NCBI GenBank assembly: GCA_035387745.1 | Contig: DAOOON010000007.1 | Location: 1 to 8,425 of the forward strand | Direction of reading: 5' to 3' | DNA from: an archaeon | Lineage (GTDB): Archaea; Iainarchaeota; Iainarchaeia; Iainarchaeales; CSSED10-239 | DNA: 8,425 nucleotides | Part shown: piece after piece, positions 1 to 6,806 of the stretch | Layout of the letters: each line of letters begins with the position of its first letter | Numbering within the stretch: position 1 is the stretch's first letter | Program-made: the position numbers and the translations under genes | Notes under the pieces: generated by a model | What the model was told of the DNA's origin: nothing | Seen by the model: the letters and a program-made list of their open reading frames with translations, nothing else | Databases searched by the model: none

Positions 1-3
1 AAA

Positions 4-2055
4 TTATAAACTCATTAATCCTTTTTTGTTTTCAGTATTAAAATCTTTATCTGCGCCATTTAGCTTTTCTGGAATAAAAACTGAATTTCCAATCTTGTGT
101 GCTTCTATGATTGTGTTTTTAATTTCTTGAATATTAGTATTATCTGTAAAATAAATCTTTATATCAACAACGCCGTCTGTGTTTTTCTCAAAAATCGATT
201 GTAATCTTATAAAGAACTGTGGAGAGACGTCTTTTGCAAGAGGAAAATTTAATTTTATGTCTTTTGGAATAGTGGATTCTATCTCTTGTTTTGTCCAGGT
301 AGCCTTTAGATCAGAAACATTTACTAAAAGCTCCTTGTTTATTTTTTCAAACTTGTGGCCATTAATCCAAATTATTGGCTTGTAATTAATTATTGCATCA
401 ACACCTAAACTGCACTCGTTAGCAATAGAATAGAAATCAGAAAAAATTATTGAAAACGTAGACGAATTTCTTAATCCGTATTTTTTAATATTATTTCTAA
501 GAGCAATCCAATCGATTTTTGGCATATTTTTTATTAGCTTTTTAGATTTTGTTAAATCTGTAGAAAATAAGGTCTTTTGAACTGGCGCTTTTTCAAAAGA
601 AAAATTAGATAACTCGTATTTGCTTTTTATAAACTTTAGAAATGGGCCTCTTTCTTTTGCAAGTTCTGTTGATTTTAATTTAGAATAATAATTAATATAG
701 TCAGATAAAGAATATGCAAAATTAATTGCATCATCACTGTTATATGGGATATCTAACTTTGTTAAGAGGGTATAAAAACCAGTAATTGAAAGAAAAATGG
801 ATCTGGTTTCTTTAAGCTCTTGTAAGTATTTTTCATTTATTGTTTTTGAAACATCAATTGTATTGTCTAAAAATTCAATAGTATCCCAAATAACGTTTTT
901 TAATTTTAGCCAATCAAAGGTCTTTGTATTGCCTAAAAAATTAACAAATTTAGAAACATCAATAACCCCGCTAACAAAAGACGCATTTTCAAAAACCGGT
1001 TGCATACCAACTGGCGAAATTGTGAATTTTTTATAGTCTTCTAAAAATGGGTTTTTCTTATTAATTGTATCAACAAAAATAAGGCTTATTTTTTCTCCAG
1101 TAATTATCTTAGACGAAATCAAATCAAGTAGTGCTAATGAAGAAATCTTTTGCTTCTTTTCAGAATTTATATCTATTGTGTAATCTGTGTTTTCTGAAAC
1201 TGCAGTCATAAACCTGTCAGGGATTAATATTGCAAAATTATCCTCGTTTTGCGTTGCTGAATAGTTTAAGAACGAAACAATGTCAGGGTGTTCTATAGAT
1301 ATATAGTATAAATTATTAGAAGAATTAATATTATAACCAACCATTGACTTTGCAGAAACAAACAAATCAATAATTCTTATTGGTCCACATGCGTTTCTAT
1401 TGATAGACTTTACTTTCTCTTTTTCTGAGCGTATTTTACTTAAGTCAATAGAAATAGAAGAGCCGTATTTCTGAACAATGCTTGATTGAGAAAGAGTATC
1501 AAAAATACTCTCAATTGTGTCATCAATTTGAAAAGAATAACCAGAAAGCACTTGCTGATTTAAAGTGATATCTCGCAAAAATGTAGAACTTGGATAGAAA
1601 ACGCCTTCTCTAATATATTCAAAAATCTTTTTGTTTGTTTTTTCGTGTTGATTGTTTTGTAACTTATTTAGGTGGGCTTGAATATTTAGTAATTTTGTTG
1701 GCAGGCTATCTGTTTCTTGAATATTTAAAATTAGTTTTAAAATTAGTTCTTTTATTTCGCTATCAGAAGGAATTGTATCTGGCGTTGCTTTTTTAAAAAT
1801 ATAAGCCTGCAAAAGATCTGCTTGATTCTCTTGATGAAGAATTTCTTTTATTATTTCGTCAAGCTTTTCAAAAGGGATTTCTTTTGAATACTTTGCATTT
1901 ACTTTATCAAATATTAAAAATGCTAACTTCTCTGCTAAATTTAAATTAGGATCCCCATAGTTACACATGGTCTCAAATAACATTATTGCAATTTTTTCTT
2001 TAGAAAACTCCTCTGTTTCTCCATTCTTTTGTATCACTGTGTTAACAAAAACCAT
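4..2055 (-). CDS. ATP-cone + class I/II-type ribonucleotide reductase-fold protein (NrdJ/NrdA-like) with degenerate catalytic motifs; probable non-catalytic paralogue
   Basis: Intact 683-aa ORF with ATG at 2053-2055, starting 12 nt after the nrdG stop and preceded by a GTGA Shine-Dalgarno-like element 6 nt upstream. The N-terminus (VIQKNGETEEFSKEKI ... LLQAYIFKK) resembles an ATP-cone (consensus V-x-K-R-D-G..F..KI). The body keeps RNR large-subunit landmarks in the correct order: IEHPDIV (HPDI), DVSKFV..FDW, EFLDNTIDV (FLDNVID), DIPYNSDDA (GIPYDSEEA), ELAKERGPF and YGLRNS. This is a by-eye alignment to remembered consensus motifs, not a computed search. Confidence 0.8.
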   Translation of the reverse strand: MVFVNTVIQKNGETEEFSKEKIAIMLFETMCNYGDPNLNLAEKLAFLIFDKVNAKYSKEIPFEKLDEIIKEILHQENQADLLQAYIFKKATPDTIPSDSEIKELILKLILNIQETDSLPTKLLNIQAHLNKLQNNQHEKTNKKIFEYIREGVFYPSSTFLRDITLNQQVLSGYSFQIDDTIESIFDTLSQSSIVQKYGSSISIDLSKIRSEKEKVKSINRNACGPIRIIDLFVSAKSMVGYNINSSNNLYYISIEHPDIVSFLNYSATQNEDNFAILIPDRFMTAVSENTDYTIDINSEKKQKISSLALLDLISSKIITGEKISLIFVDTINKKNPFLEDYKKFTISPVGMQPVFENASFVSGVIDVSKFVNFLGNTKTFDWLKLKNVIWDTIEFLDNTIDVSKTINEKYLQELKETRSIFLSITGFYTLLTKLDIPYNSDDAINFAYSLSDYINYYSKLKSTELAKERGPFLKFIKSKYELSNFSFEKAPVQKTLFSTDLTKSKKLIKNMPKIDWIALRNNIKKYGLRNSSTFSIIFSDFYSIANECSLGVDAIINYKPIIWINGHKFEKINKELLVNVSDLKATWTKQEIESTIPKDIKLNFPLAKDVSPQFFIRLQSIFEKNTDGVVDIKIYFTDNTNIQEIKNTIIEAHKIGNSVFIPEKLNGADKDFNTENKKGLMSL

Positions 2056-2067
2056 ATTTTTTCACTT

Positions 2068-2733
2068 TTATCTTAATATATAATCTTTAGAGTCCTTTAA
2101 GAGTTGAGAATATATTGTTTTGTAATCTTTATATTCTTTTATTGTGTTGGTATTCATGAAATCTTGGACAAATATTTTTTGCCCTCTAGAAAAATCAATT
2201 ATTTTATTAAAACTTTCTATACTTAGCTCTGGATGCGTGGTTATTCTAAATTCGTGTGGAATATTTGAATCTTTGATTAGCTCAAATGAAAGTTTTATAT
2301 TTTCTGTTGGAACGTTTGTATATTTATTATAATTTTCAAAAACGTCTTTTAGGTCCATTGCAATATAATCTACAAGATTATTCTCAATTGTTTTTTTTAA
2401 CATCTCTGGATTAGAGCCATTAGAGTCTAGTTTTATTAGATAGCCTCTATCTTTTATTTGCTTTATAAATTTTATAAGATCATCACCAAAAATTGTTGGC
2501 TCGCCGCCCGTTATAACTACTGCATCTATTAGGCCTTTTCGCGCGTCCAAGAAATCCTGTATTTCTTTTTCAGAGAGGTCTGGTTTTGTGTCTAATAGCT
2601 CAGGCAGCACCAGTTGTTTATTATAACAAAAACCACAAAAAAAATTACAGCCTTTTAGAAAAATTACACAAGATATTTTGTCAGGATAGTCTATTGTACT
2701 AAATTTTTCTATAGCCCCTATTCTTAAAGACAA
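2068..2733 (-). CDS. nrdG: Anaerobic ribonucleoside-triphosphate reductase activating protein (radical SAM)
   Basis: 221-aa ORF. It has the radical-SAM CX3CX2C cluster motif (GCNFFCGFCYN) right after an FSTIDYPDKISCVIFLKGC N-terminus typical of archaeal-type NrdG, plus a GGEPT SAM-binding motif. It lies 12 nt downstream of the glycyl-radical mini-ORF. The start is TTG (2731-2733), with GTGA 6 nt upstream, the same spacing as the next gene. Confidence 0.9.
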   Translation of the reverse strand: MSLRIGAIEKFSTIDYPDKISCVIFLKGCNFFCGFCYNKQLVLPELLDTKPDLSEKEIQDFLDARKGLIDAVVITGGEPTIFGDDLIKFIKQIKDRGYLIKLDSNGSNPEMLKKTIENNLVDYIAMDLKDVFENYNKYTNVPTENIKLSFELIKDSNIPHEFRITTHPELSIESFNKIIDFSRGQKIFVQDFMNTNTIKEYKDYKTIYSQLLKDSKDYILR

Positions 2734-2745
2734 TATTTTTCACAT

Positions 2746-2892
2746 TTATTTTTTTTCAGGAACAGAAAACAATTTTCTATCTTGAAATTCTGATTGTTTA
2801 CCATAGTTCCATGCGTCTACTCTTCTAACATATCCTACGACTCTAGAATATATTTCGCATTTCTGTCTTTTAGACTCTAATTCACTACTCAT
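2746..2892 (-). CDS. 48-aa glycyl-radical domain peptide (detached C-terminal module of NrdD)
   Basis: Hand translation of the minus strand from ATG 2890-2892 to TAA 2746-2748 gives MSSELESKRQKCEIYSRVVGYVRRVDAWNYGKQSEFQDRKLFSVPEKK. It contains the SR-V-x-G-Y ... W-N-x-G-K-x-x-E-F-x-x-R signature of the NrdD C-terminus (glycyl radical site in RVVGY). The ATG overlaps the nrdD TGA (ATGA), and GGAGG (2900-2904) lies 7 nt upstream. The ORF is below the ORF-track length cutoff. Confidence 0.7.
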   Translation of the reverse strand: MSSELESKRQKCEIYSRVVGYVRRVDAWNYGKQSEFQDRKLFSVPEKK

Positions 2893-4916
2893 TTTATTTC
2901 CTCCTTATATCCTATCTCTTCATCACAAATTGGACAAAACTCGTGTTCTCCAAAAATATATCCATGTTTTGGGCAAACTGAAAAAGTTGGTGTAAATGTA
3001 AAATATGGCAATTTGAATCTTGTTGTAATCTTTTGAATTAACAATTTTATTGCTTCTCTTGATGGTTTCTTTTCGCCAATAAAAATGTGGATCACAGTTC
3101 CTCCTGTGTATTTACATTGTAATTCATCTTGCAATTCTAAAACCTCAAAAATATCGCTAGAGTAATTTACAGGTAATTGAGAGGAGTTTGTATAATATGG
3201 TTGTGCGCCATTATTAATATAATTTTCTTCGTTTGCAACAATTATTGATGGGTATTTTTCTTTATCATAGCTTGCAAATCTATATGTTGTGCTTTCTCCT
3301 GGTGTTGCTTCTAGATTATAAAGATTTCCTGTTTCTTCTTGATATTTTAAAATTCTATCTCGCATAAAGTCCATTACTTTAATTGCAAATGCTTGCCCTT
3401 TTTCTGTATATATCCCTTCTCCTAAAAAATTAACAGCAGATTCATTCAAGCCAAGTAATCCAATTGTAGAAAAGTGATTTTTCCAAAAACTATCAAATCT
3501 ATCTTTTATAGCTTTAAGATTAAATTTAGAATAAGGATATAATCCGTCATCGGTATATTTTTCCACAATTTTCCTTTTTATATCAAGTGATTTTTTTGCA
3601 AGATCCATTAAATGTGCTAATTTTTCAAAATATTCTTCTTCTGATTTAGAGAGATAACCTAATTGTGCAAGATTGATAGTTACAACGCCTATTGAACCAG
3701 TCAAAGGATTAGAACCAAATAATCCGCCGCCTCTTTTTTGTAATTCTCTGTTATCAAGTCTTAATCTACAGCACATGCTTCTTGCGTCTTCTGGTTTCAT
3801 ATCAGAATTAACGAAATTTGCAAAGTATGGTGTGCCGTATTTTATTGTTAAGTCAATTATCTTATTTGCAAGTTCTGTTGACCAATCAAAGTCTTTTGTA
3901 ACATTAATTGTTGGTATTGGAAAAGAAAACATATTTCCTATCGCATCTCCTTCATACAACACATCAAGTAAAGCCATATTAAAAATATCCATTTCTTTTT
4001 GAAAATCTCCATATGTTTTATCTTGTGATTTTCCTCCAATAATAACAGCCTGATCTTTAAAGGTGGAGGGGACTGTTAAATCAAGAGTTATATTCGAAAA
4101 TGGAGTTTGAAAACCTGTTCTTGTTGGAACATTCATATTATAAATAAATTTTTCTAGAGATGCTCTTGTTTGAGCATAATCAAGATTGTCATATCTTATA
4201 AATGGTGCAAGAAGAGTATCAAAATTACTAAATGCCTGTGCACCAGCTGATTCTCCTTGAAGAGTATATATAAAATTAACAATTTGTCCTAATGCAGTAT
4301 CTAGATGTTTTGGCGGAGATGCCACAACTTTTCCTGGGGACCCTCTAAATCCTGTTTGTAATACTGATTGGAGGTCCCAGCCAACGCAATAGGACCCTAA
4401 AGTATTAAGATCATGAATATGAAGTTGCCTTTTTTCATGTGCTTCTTTAATTTCAGGAGGGTATATTTTTTTAATCCAATAGTCAGAAATTATTTTTGTG
4501 GATAAATAATTATTTAGCCCTTGAAGCGAGTAATCCATATTACTGTTTTCTTTAACTTGCCAATCTGAAATATTAATATAGCTTTCAACAGCATTTGTGC
4601 TATCTATTAATTTAGAAAGGTTTCTAAAATCGTCGTGTTGCCTTCTATAAATTACATAGGCTTTAACTAACTTTGTAAATCCTTCTTTTATTAATATGTC
4701 TTCTATAGTGTCTTGAATATCATTTATTTTTGGTAATGTTTTTTTATTAAAGTATTCTTCTGTTAGTTTTATATCTACTTTTTTTGTTAAATAATCTGCT
4801 AAGTCAATATCTGGATTATCGATTGCATCAAGAGCCTTAAGAATAGCTAATTTAATTTTATAAATATTATATGGTATCTTTTCTTCTTTTCTATTGATTA
4901 TTTGTTTGGCAGCCAT
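2889..4916 (-). CDS. nrdD: Anaerobic ribonucleoside-triphosphate reductase (class III RNR) large polypeptide, lacking the glycyl-radical tail
   Basis: 675-aa ORF. The N-terminus is ATP-cone-like (...DIQDTIEDILIKEGFTKLVKAYVIYRRQH). Class III landmarks are present: SMCCRLRLD (CCRL region), GGGLFGSNPLTGSIGVVTINL, and a C-terminal Zn-ribbon-like CPKHG...FCPIC. The ORF stops (…CPICDEEIGYKEEIK*) before any RVxGY glycyl-radical motif. GTGA lies 7 nt upstream of the ATG. Confidence 0.93.
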   Translation of the reverse strand: MAAKQIINRKEEKIPYNIYKIKLAILKALDAIDNPDIDLADYLTKKVDIKLTEEYFNKKTLPKINDIQDTIEDILIKEGFTKLVKAYVIYRRQHDDFRNLSKLIDSTNAVESYINISDWQVKENSNMDYSLQGLNNYLSTKIISDYWIKKIYPPEIKEAHEKRQLHIHDLNTLGSYCVGWDLQSVLQTGFRGSPGKVVASPPKHLDTALGQIVNFIYTLQGESAGAQAFSNFDTLLAPFIRYDNLDYAQTRASLEKFIYNMNVPTRTGFQTPFSNITLDLTVPSTFKDQAVIIGGKSQDKTYGDFQKEMDIFNMALLDVLYEGDAIGNMFSFPIPTINVTKDFDWSTELANKIIDLTIKYGTPYFANFVNSDMKPEDARSMCCRLRLDNRELQKRGGGLFGSNPLTGSIGVVTINLAQLGYLSKSEEEYFEKLAHLMDLAKKSLDIKRKIVEKYTDDGLYPYSKFNLKAIKDRFDSFWKNHFSTIGLLGLNESAVNFLGEGIYTEKGQAFAIKVMDFMRDRILKYQEETGNLYNLEATPGESTTYRFASYDKEKYPSIIVANEENYINNGAQPYYTNSSQLPVNYSSDIFEVLELQDELQCKYTGGTVIHIFIGEKKPSREAIKLLIQKITTRFKLPYFTFTPTFSVCPKHGYIFGEHEFCPICDEEIGYKEEIK
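2900..2904 (-). promoter_or_regulatory. Shine-Dalgarno GGAGG for the glycyl-radical mini-ORF, embedded in the 3' end of nrdD
   Basis: The minus strand reads aaGGAGGaaataaaATGagt. The core is the same as, and the spacing similar to, the GGAGG in front of the PRC-barrel gene (6164-6168). Confidence 0.55.
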
Positions 4917-5112
4917 TCATATCTCACATTTTTATTTAGAATTAAAAATAGTATATTTATAGTAGTTCATCAAGTTTATAAAGGCTATCGGTTTGTCTGA
5001 GAAACCAGTATTTATATGTGTTTTTGGTTTATTTGTGATAGCTGGCTTTATATAACAAACTATTGGCTTTGAAATATTTAGTTAAACAAATTAAGTGCTT
5101 CGGCATAATCTA

Positions 5113-5120
5113 TTTTATAA
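5113..5120 (+). promoter_or_regulatory. TATA-like box (ttttataa) upstream of the xer gene
   Basis: The box is centred about 34 nt upstream of the ATG at 5151 and no SD is present. This fits an archaeal promoter giving a very short or leaderless transcript. AT-rich DNA produces many such matches by chance. Confidence 0.3.
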
Positions 5121-5150
5121 GCATTTCCGTTCTAATTGTTTAGATAAAAT

Positions 5151-6002
5151 ATGGATGAAAAGAACATAGAAATCTTAAAAAAATTCGAAAATGAATTAAA
5201 TATTATTGGTTATAGTCAAAAAACTATAGAGACTTATTTGATATATCTAAATAAATTCTCTGAGTTTATAAAAAAAGATCTAAAAGAAGTAAACTCTGAT
5301 GATATTGTAAATTTTTTATCATATCTTAAAACTAAAAAAAATTCAGGTTCTGCAACTATGAATCTGGTGCTTTCAGCAATCAAACATTTTTATAATGAAT
5401 TTTTAAAACAAAACATTTTAATTGATATTAAATTACCAAAGAAAGCAAAGAAAATACCAATTGTTTTAACTCCAAAAGAAATTAAAGACTTGGTTGAAAA
5501 CACTAGTAATAATCGTAATAAACTGATAATTGAGTTTATGTTTTCTACTGGTGTTAGAGTTTCAGAATGTGTAAATATGAAAATATCTGATCTTAATTTT
5601 GAAGAATTTACTGGAAATGTTATTGCTGGAAAAGGGAATAAAGACAGAATAATAATTTTATCAAAAAATTGGGTTGCGGAATATAAAAAATATTTAGAAG
5701 AAAGAGAAAAAAAAGTAAAATCAGAATATCTTTTCTGTTCTGATTCTGGTAAGCCACTTTCTGTTGATACTATTCAAAAATTTTTAAAAATATCTGCAAA
5801 TAAAGCAGGAATTACAAAAAAAATTAGTCCCCATAAATTAAGACATTCTTTTGCTACAAGTCTTCTTGAAAATGATGTTAATATTAGATATATTCAACAA
5901 CTTTTAGGGCATGCTAATCTTAACACTACTCAAATATACACTAAAGTCAATACAAATAAGCTAAAAGAGATAGAAAATCCACTAGATCATATGAAAAAAT
6001 AG
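5151..6002 (+). CDS. xerA: Tyrosine recombinase, XerA/XerC/XerD family
   Basis: 283-aa ORF with an N-terminal SAM-like core-binding domain (GYSQKTIETYLIYLNKFSEF, ATMNLVLSAIKHFYNEF). The full catalytic set is visible: TGVRVSE (Arg), GKGNKDR (Lys), PHKLRHSFAT (His-x-x-Arg), LLGHANLNTTQIYTKV (His, Tyr nucleophile). Size and layout fit the archaeal XerA / bacterial XerCD type. The xerA symbol assumes an archaeal host. Confidence 0.9.
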   Translation: MDEKNIEILKKFENELNIIGYSQKTIETYLIYLNKFSEFIKKDLKEVNSDDIVNFLSYLKTKKNSGSATMNLVLSAIKHFYNEFLKQNILIDIKLPKKAKKIPIVLTPKEIKDLVENTSNNRNKLIIEFMFSTGVRVSECVNMKISDLNFEEFTGNVIAGKGNKDRIIILSKNWVAEYKKYLEEREKKVKSEYLFCSDSGKPLSVDTIQKFLKISANKAGITKKISPHKLRHSFATSLLENDVNIRYIQQLLGHANLNTTQIYTKVNTNKLKEIENPLDHMKK

Positions 6003-6176
6003 TTTTTTACCCCCTCACTTCCTGTATTAAGCTGAAATTAACTTTAAATTGCGGTTTAGAAAGCAAACTTTAAAACATTCTATTTTTACTTTTAGAAATA
6101 GTAACATATATAAATCCTTTGTATAACCTTTTAGTATACTAATAAAATATATATTTAATATTTGGAGGAATAAAAC

Positions 6177-6542
6177 ATGACAATGAGAATTTCAAAGCTA
6201 TTTGGTATGGATCTTTATGAGACTAATGCTACATACAGAGGAAAAGTTTATGATTTAGTTGTAAACTTAGAATCAGGTATTGTTGAGACAATCACGACTC
6301 AGCCATTAAAGGTTAGCTCTAAAAAAGAGGCTAAAAAGATAATGACAGAGCACAGTATTCCATATAAGAAAGTTATATCAGTTGATGATATTATTCTTAT
6401 TAACTCAGGAAATGTTCCAGTAGCTGAAAGAGAAGTTGTTAGAGAGCCAGTAGCTGAAGAACAAGACAATAGCTATGATTCTAAAATAAGAAAGAAGTAT
6501 ATTGGCTACAAGAGCAAATACTCAACAGCTGGAAGAAGATAA
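6177..6542 (+). CDS. PRC-barrel domain protein
   Basis: 121-aa ORF. The N-terminal ~80 aa (RISKLFGMDLYETNATYRGKVYDLVVNLESGIVETI ... VISVDDIILI) follow the pattern of small archaeal PRC-barrel proteins (l..l.G..Vy...G..lG.V.Dlv.d...g.i). The C-terminal tail is charged. A strong GGAGG (6164-6168) lies 8 nt upstream of the ATG. Confidence 0.72.
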   Translation: MTMRISKLFGMDLYETNATYRGKVYDLVVNLESGIVETITTQPLKVSSKKEAKKIMTEHSIPYKKVISVDDIILINSGNVPVAEREVVREPVAEEQDNSYDSKIRKKYIGYKSKYSTAGRR

Positions 6543-6587
6543 ATAATTAATTTATCTTTTATTTTCTATTTTTTATTGTTTAATTTA

Positions 6588-6604
6588 AGTCTTACTATAA
6601 GACT
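6588..6604 (+). terminator. 7-bp hairpin (agtctta-cta-taagact) after T-rich tracts downstream of the PRC-barrel gene
   Basis: A perfect 7-bp inverted repeat with a 3-nt loop lies 45 nt after the stop at 6542. It is preceded by oligo-T runs (for example T6 at 6569-6574). The stem is weak and AT-rich, so this is speculative. Confidence 0.2.
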
Positions 6605-6727
6605 AACTATCCCTTTAGTTCTTGTAATATTTATTTAATAGGAAAGCTTTATATTATGTATAATTAATCAATATACTTAAATGTAATTAATAAAAAAATA
6701 TTATTGTTATTACTATTATTTATTGTA

Positions 6728-6745
6728 ATATATATATATATATAT
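6728..6745. repeat. (AT)9 dinucleotide microsatellite
   Basis: The run atatatatatatatatat is read directly from the sequence. It lies in the 264-bp intergenic region upstream of the 6807 ORF. Confidence 0.95.
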
Positions 6746-6806
6746 TTATACATAACATAATTTATAATATAATAATACTTAATACAAGAAGTATGGGGGG
6801 GCTCAC

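Noticed and set aside
179-385. Plus-strand ORFs of 62-109 aa at 179-385, 797-1036, 2144-2332 and 3673-4002
   Set aside because: All four lie entirely antisense within well-supported minus-strand genes (RNR-like, nrdG, nrdD). Their translations are low complexity and rich in Phe/Ser/Ile/Leu, as expected from the reverse complement of AT-rich coding sequence. They are shadow ORFs.
4-4916. Inteins in the RNR genes, which are common in archaeal RNRs
   Set aside because: Both RNR-fold ORFs have ordinary length (683 and 675 aa). The conserved motifs follow each other at normal spacing, and I saw no intein or homing-endonuclease (LAGLIDADG-type) blocks.
4983-5043. tRNA-like look: a 7-bp closing helix plus a 5-bp stem with the 7-nt loop g-t-CTG-a-g, resembling an anticodon arm
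   Set aside because: There is no D-arm (no spacer or GG loop) and no T-arm (no GTTC-type loop). The total length is about 61 nt and the helix arrangement is wrong, so it is not a tRNA. It is kept only as a low-interest structural observation.
5047-5055. Possible att direct repeat: tttatataa near 5047 and again near 8273, flanking the recombinase and orphan block
   Set aside because: It is only 9 nt of pure A/T in a genome of about 20-30% GC, where such matches are expected by chance. No extended identity surrounds either copy.
4917-5100. NrdR box or cobalamin riboswitch upstream of nrdD
   Set aside because: The closest candidate, cagtatttatatgtg (about 5006-5020), is not palindromic when reverse-complemented, so it does not fit the NrdR-box dyad. 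I see no GC-rich B12-box-like core in the leader on the minus strand. NrdR is also a bacterial regulator, and no nrdR gene is in the window.
6010-6023. C-rich island ccccctcacttcc after the xer stop and gggggggctcac before the 6807 ORF, as a possible repeat pair bracketing the PRC-barrel gene
   Set aside because: They share only ctcac in direct orientation, with a C5 run on one side and a G7 run on the other. They form no convincing direct or inverted repeat. The G-run is more simply explained as an SD-like element.
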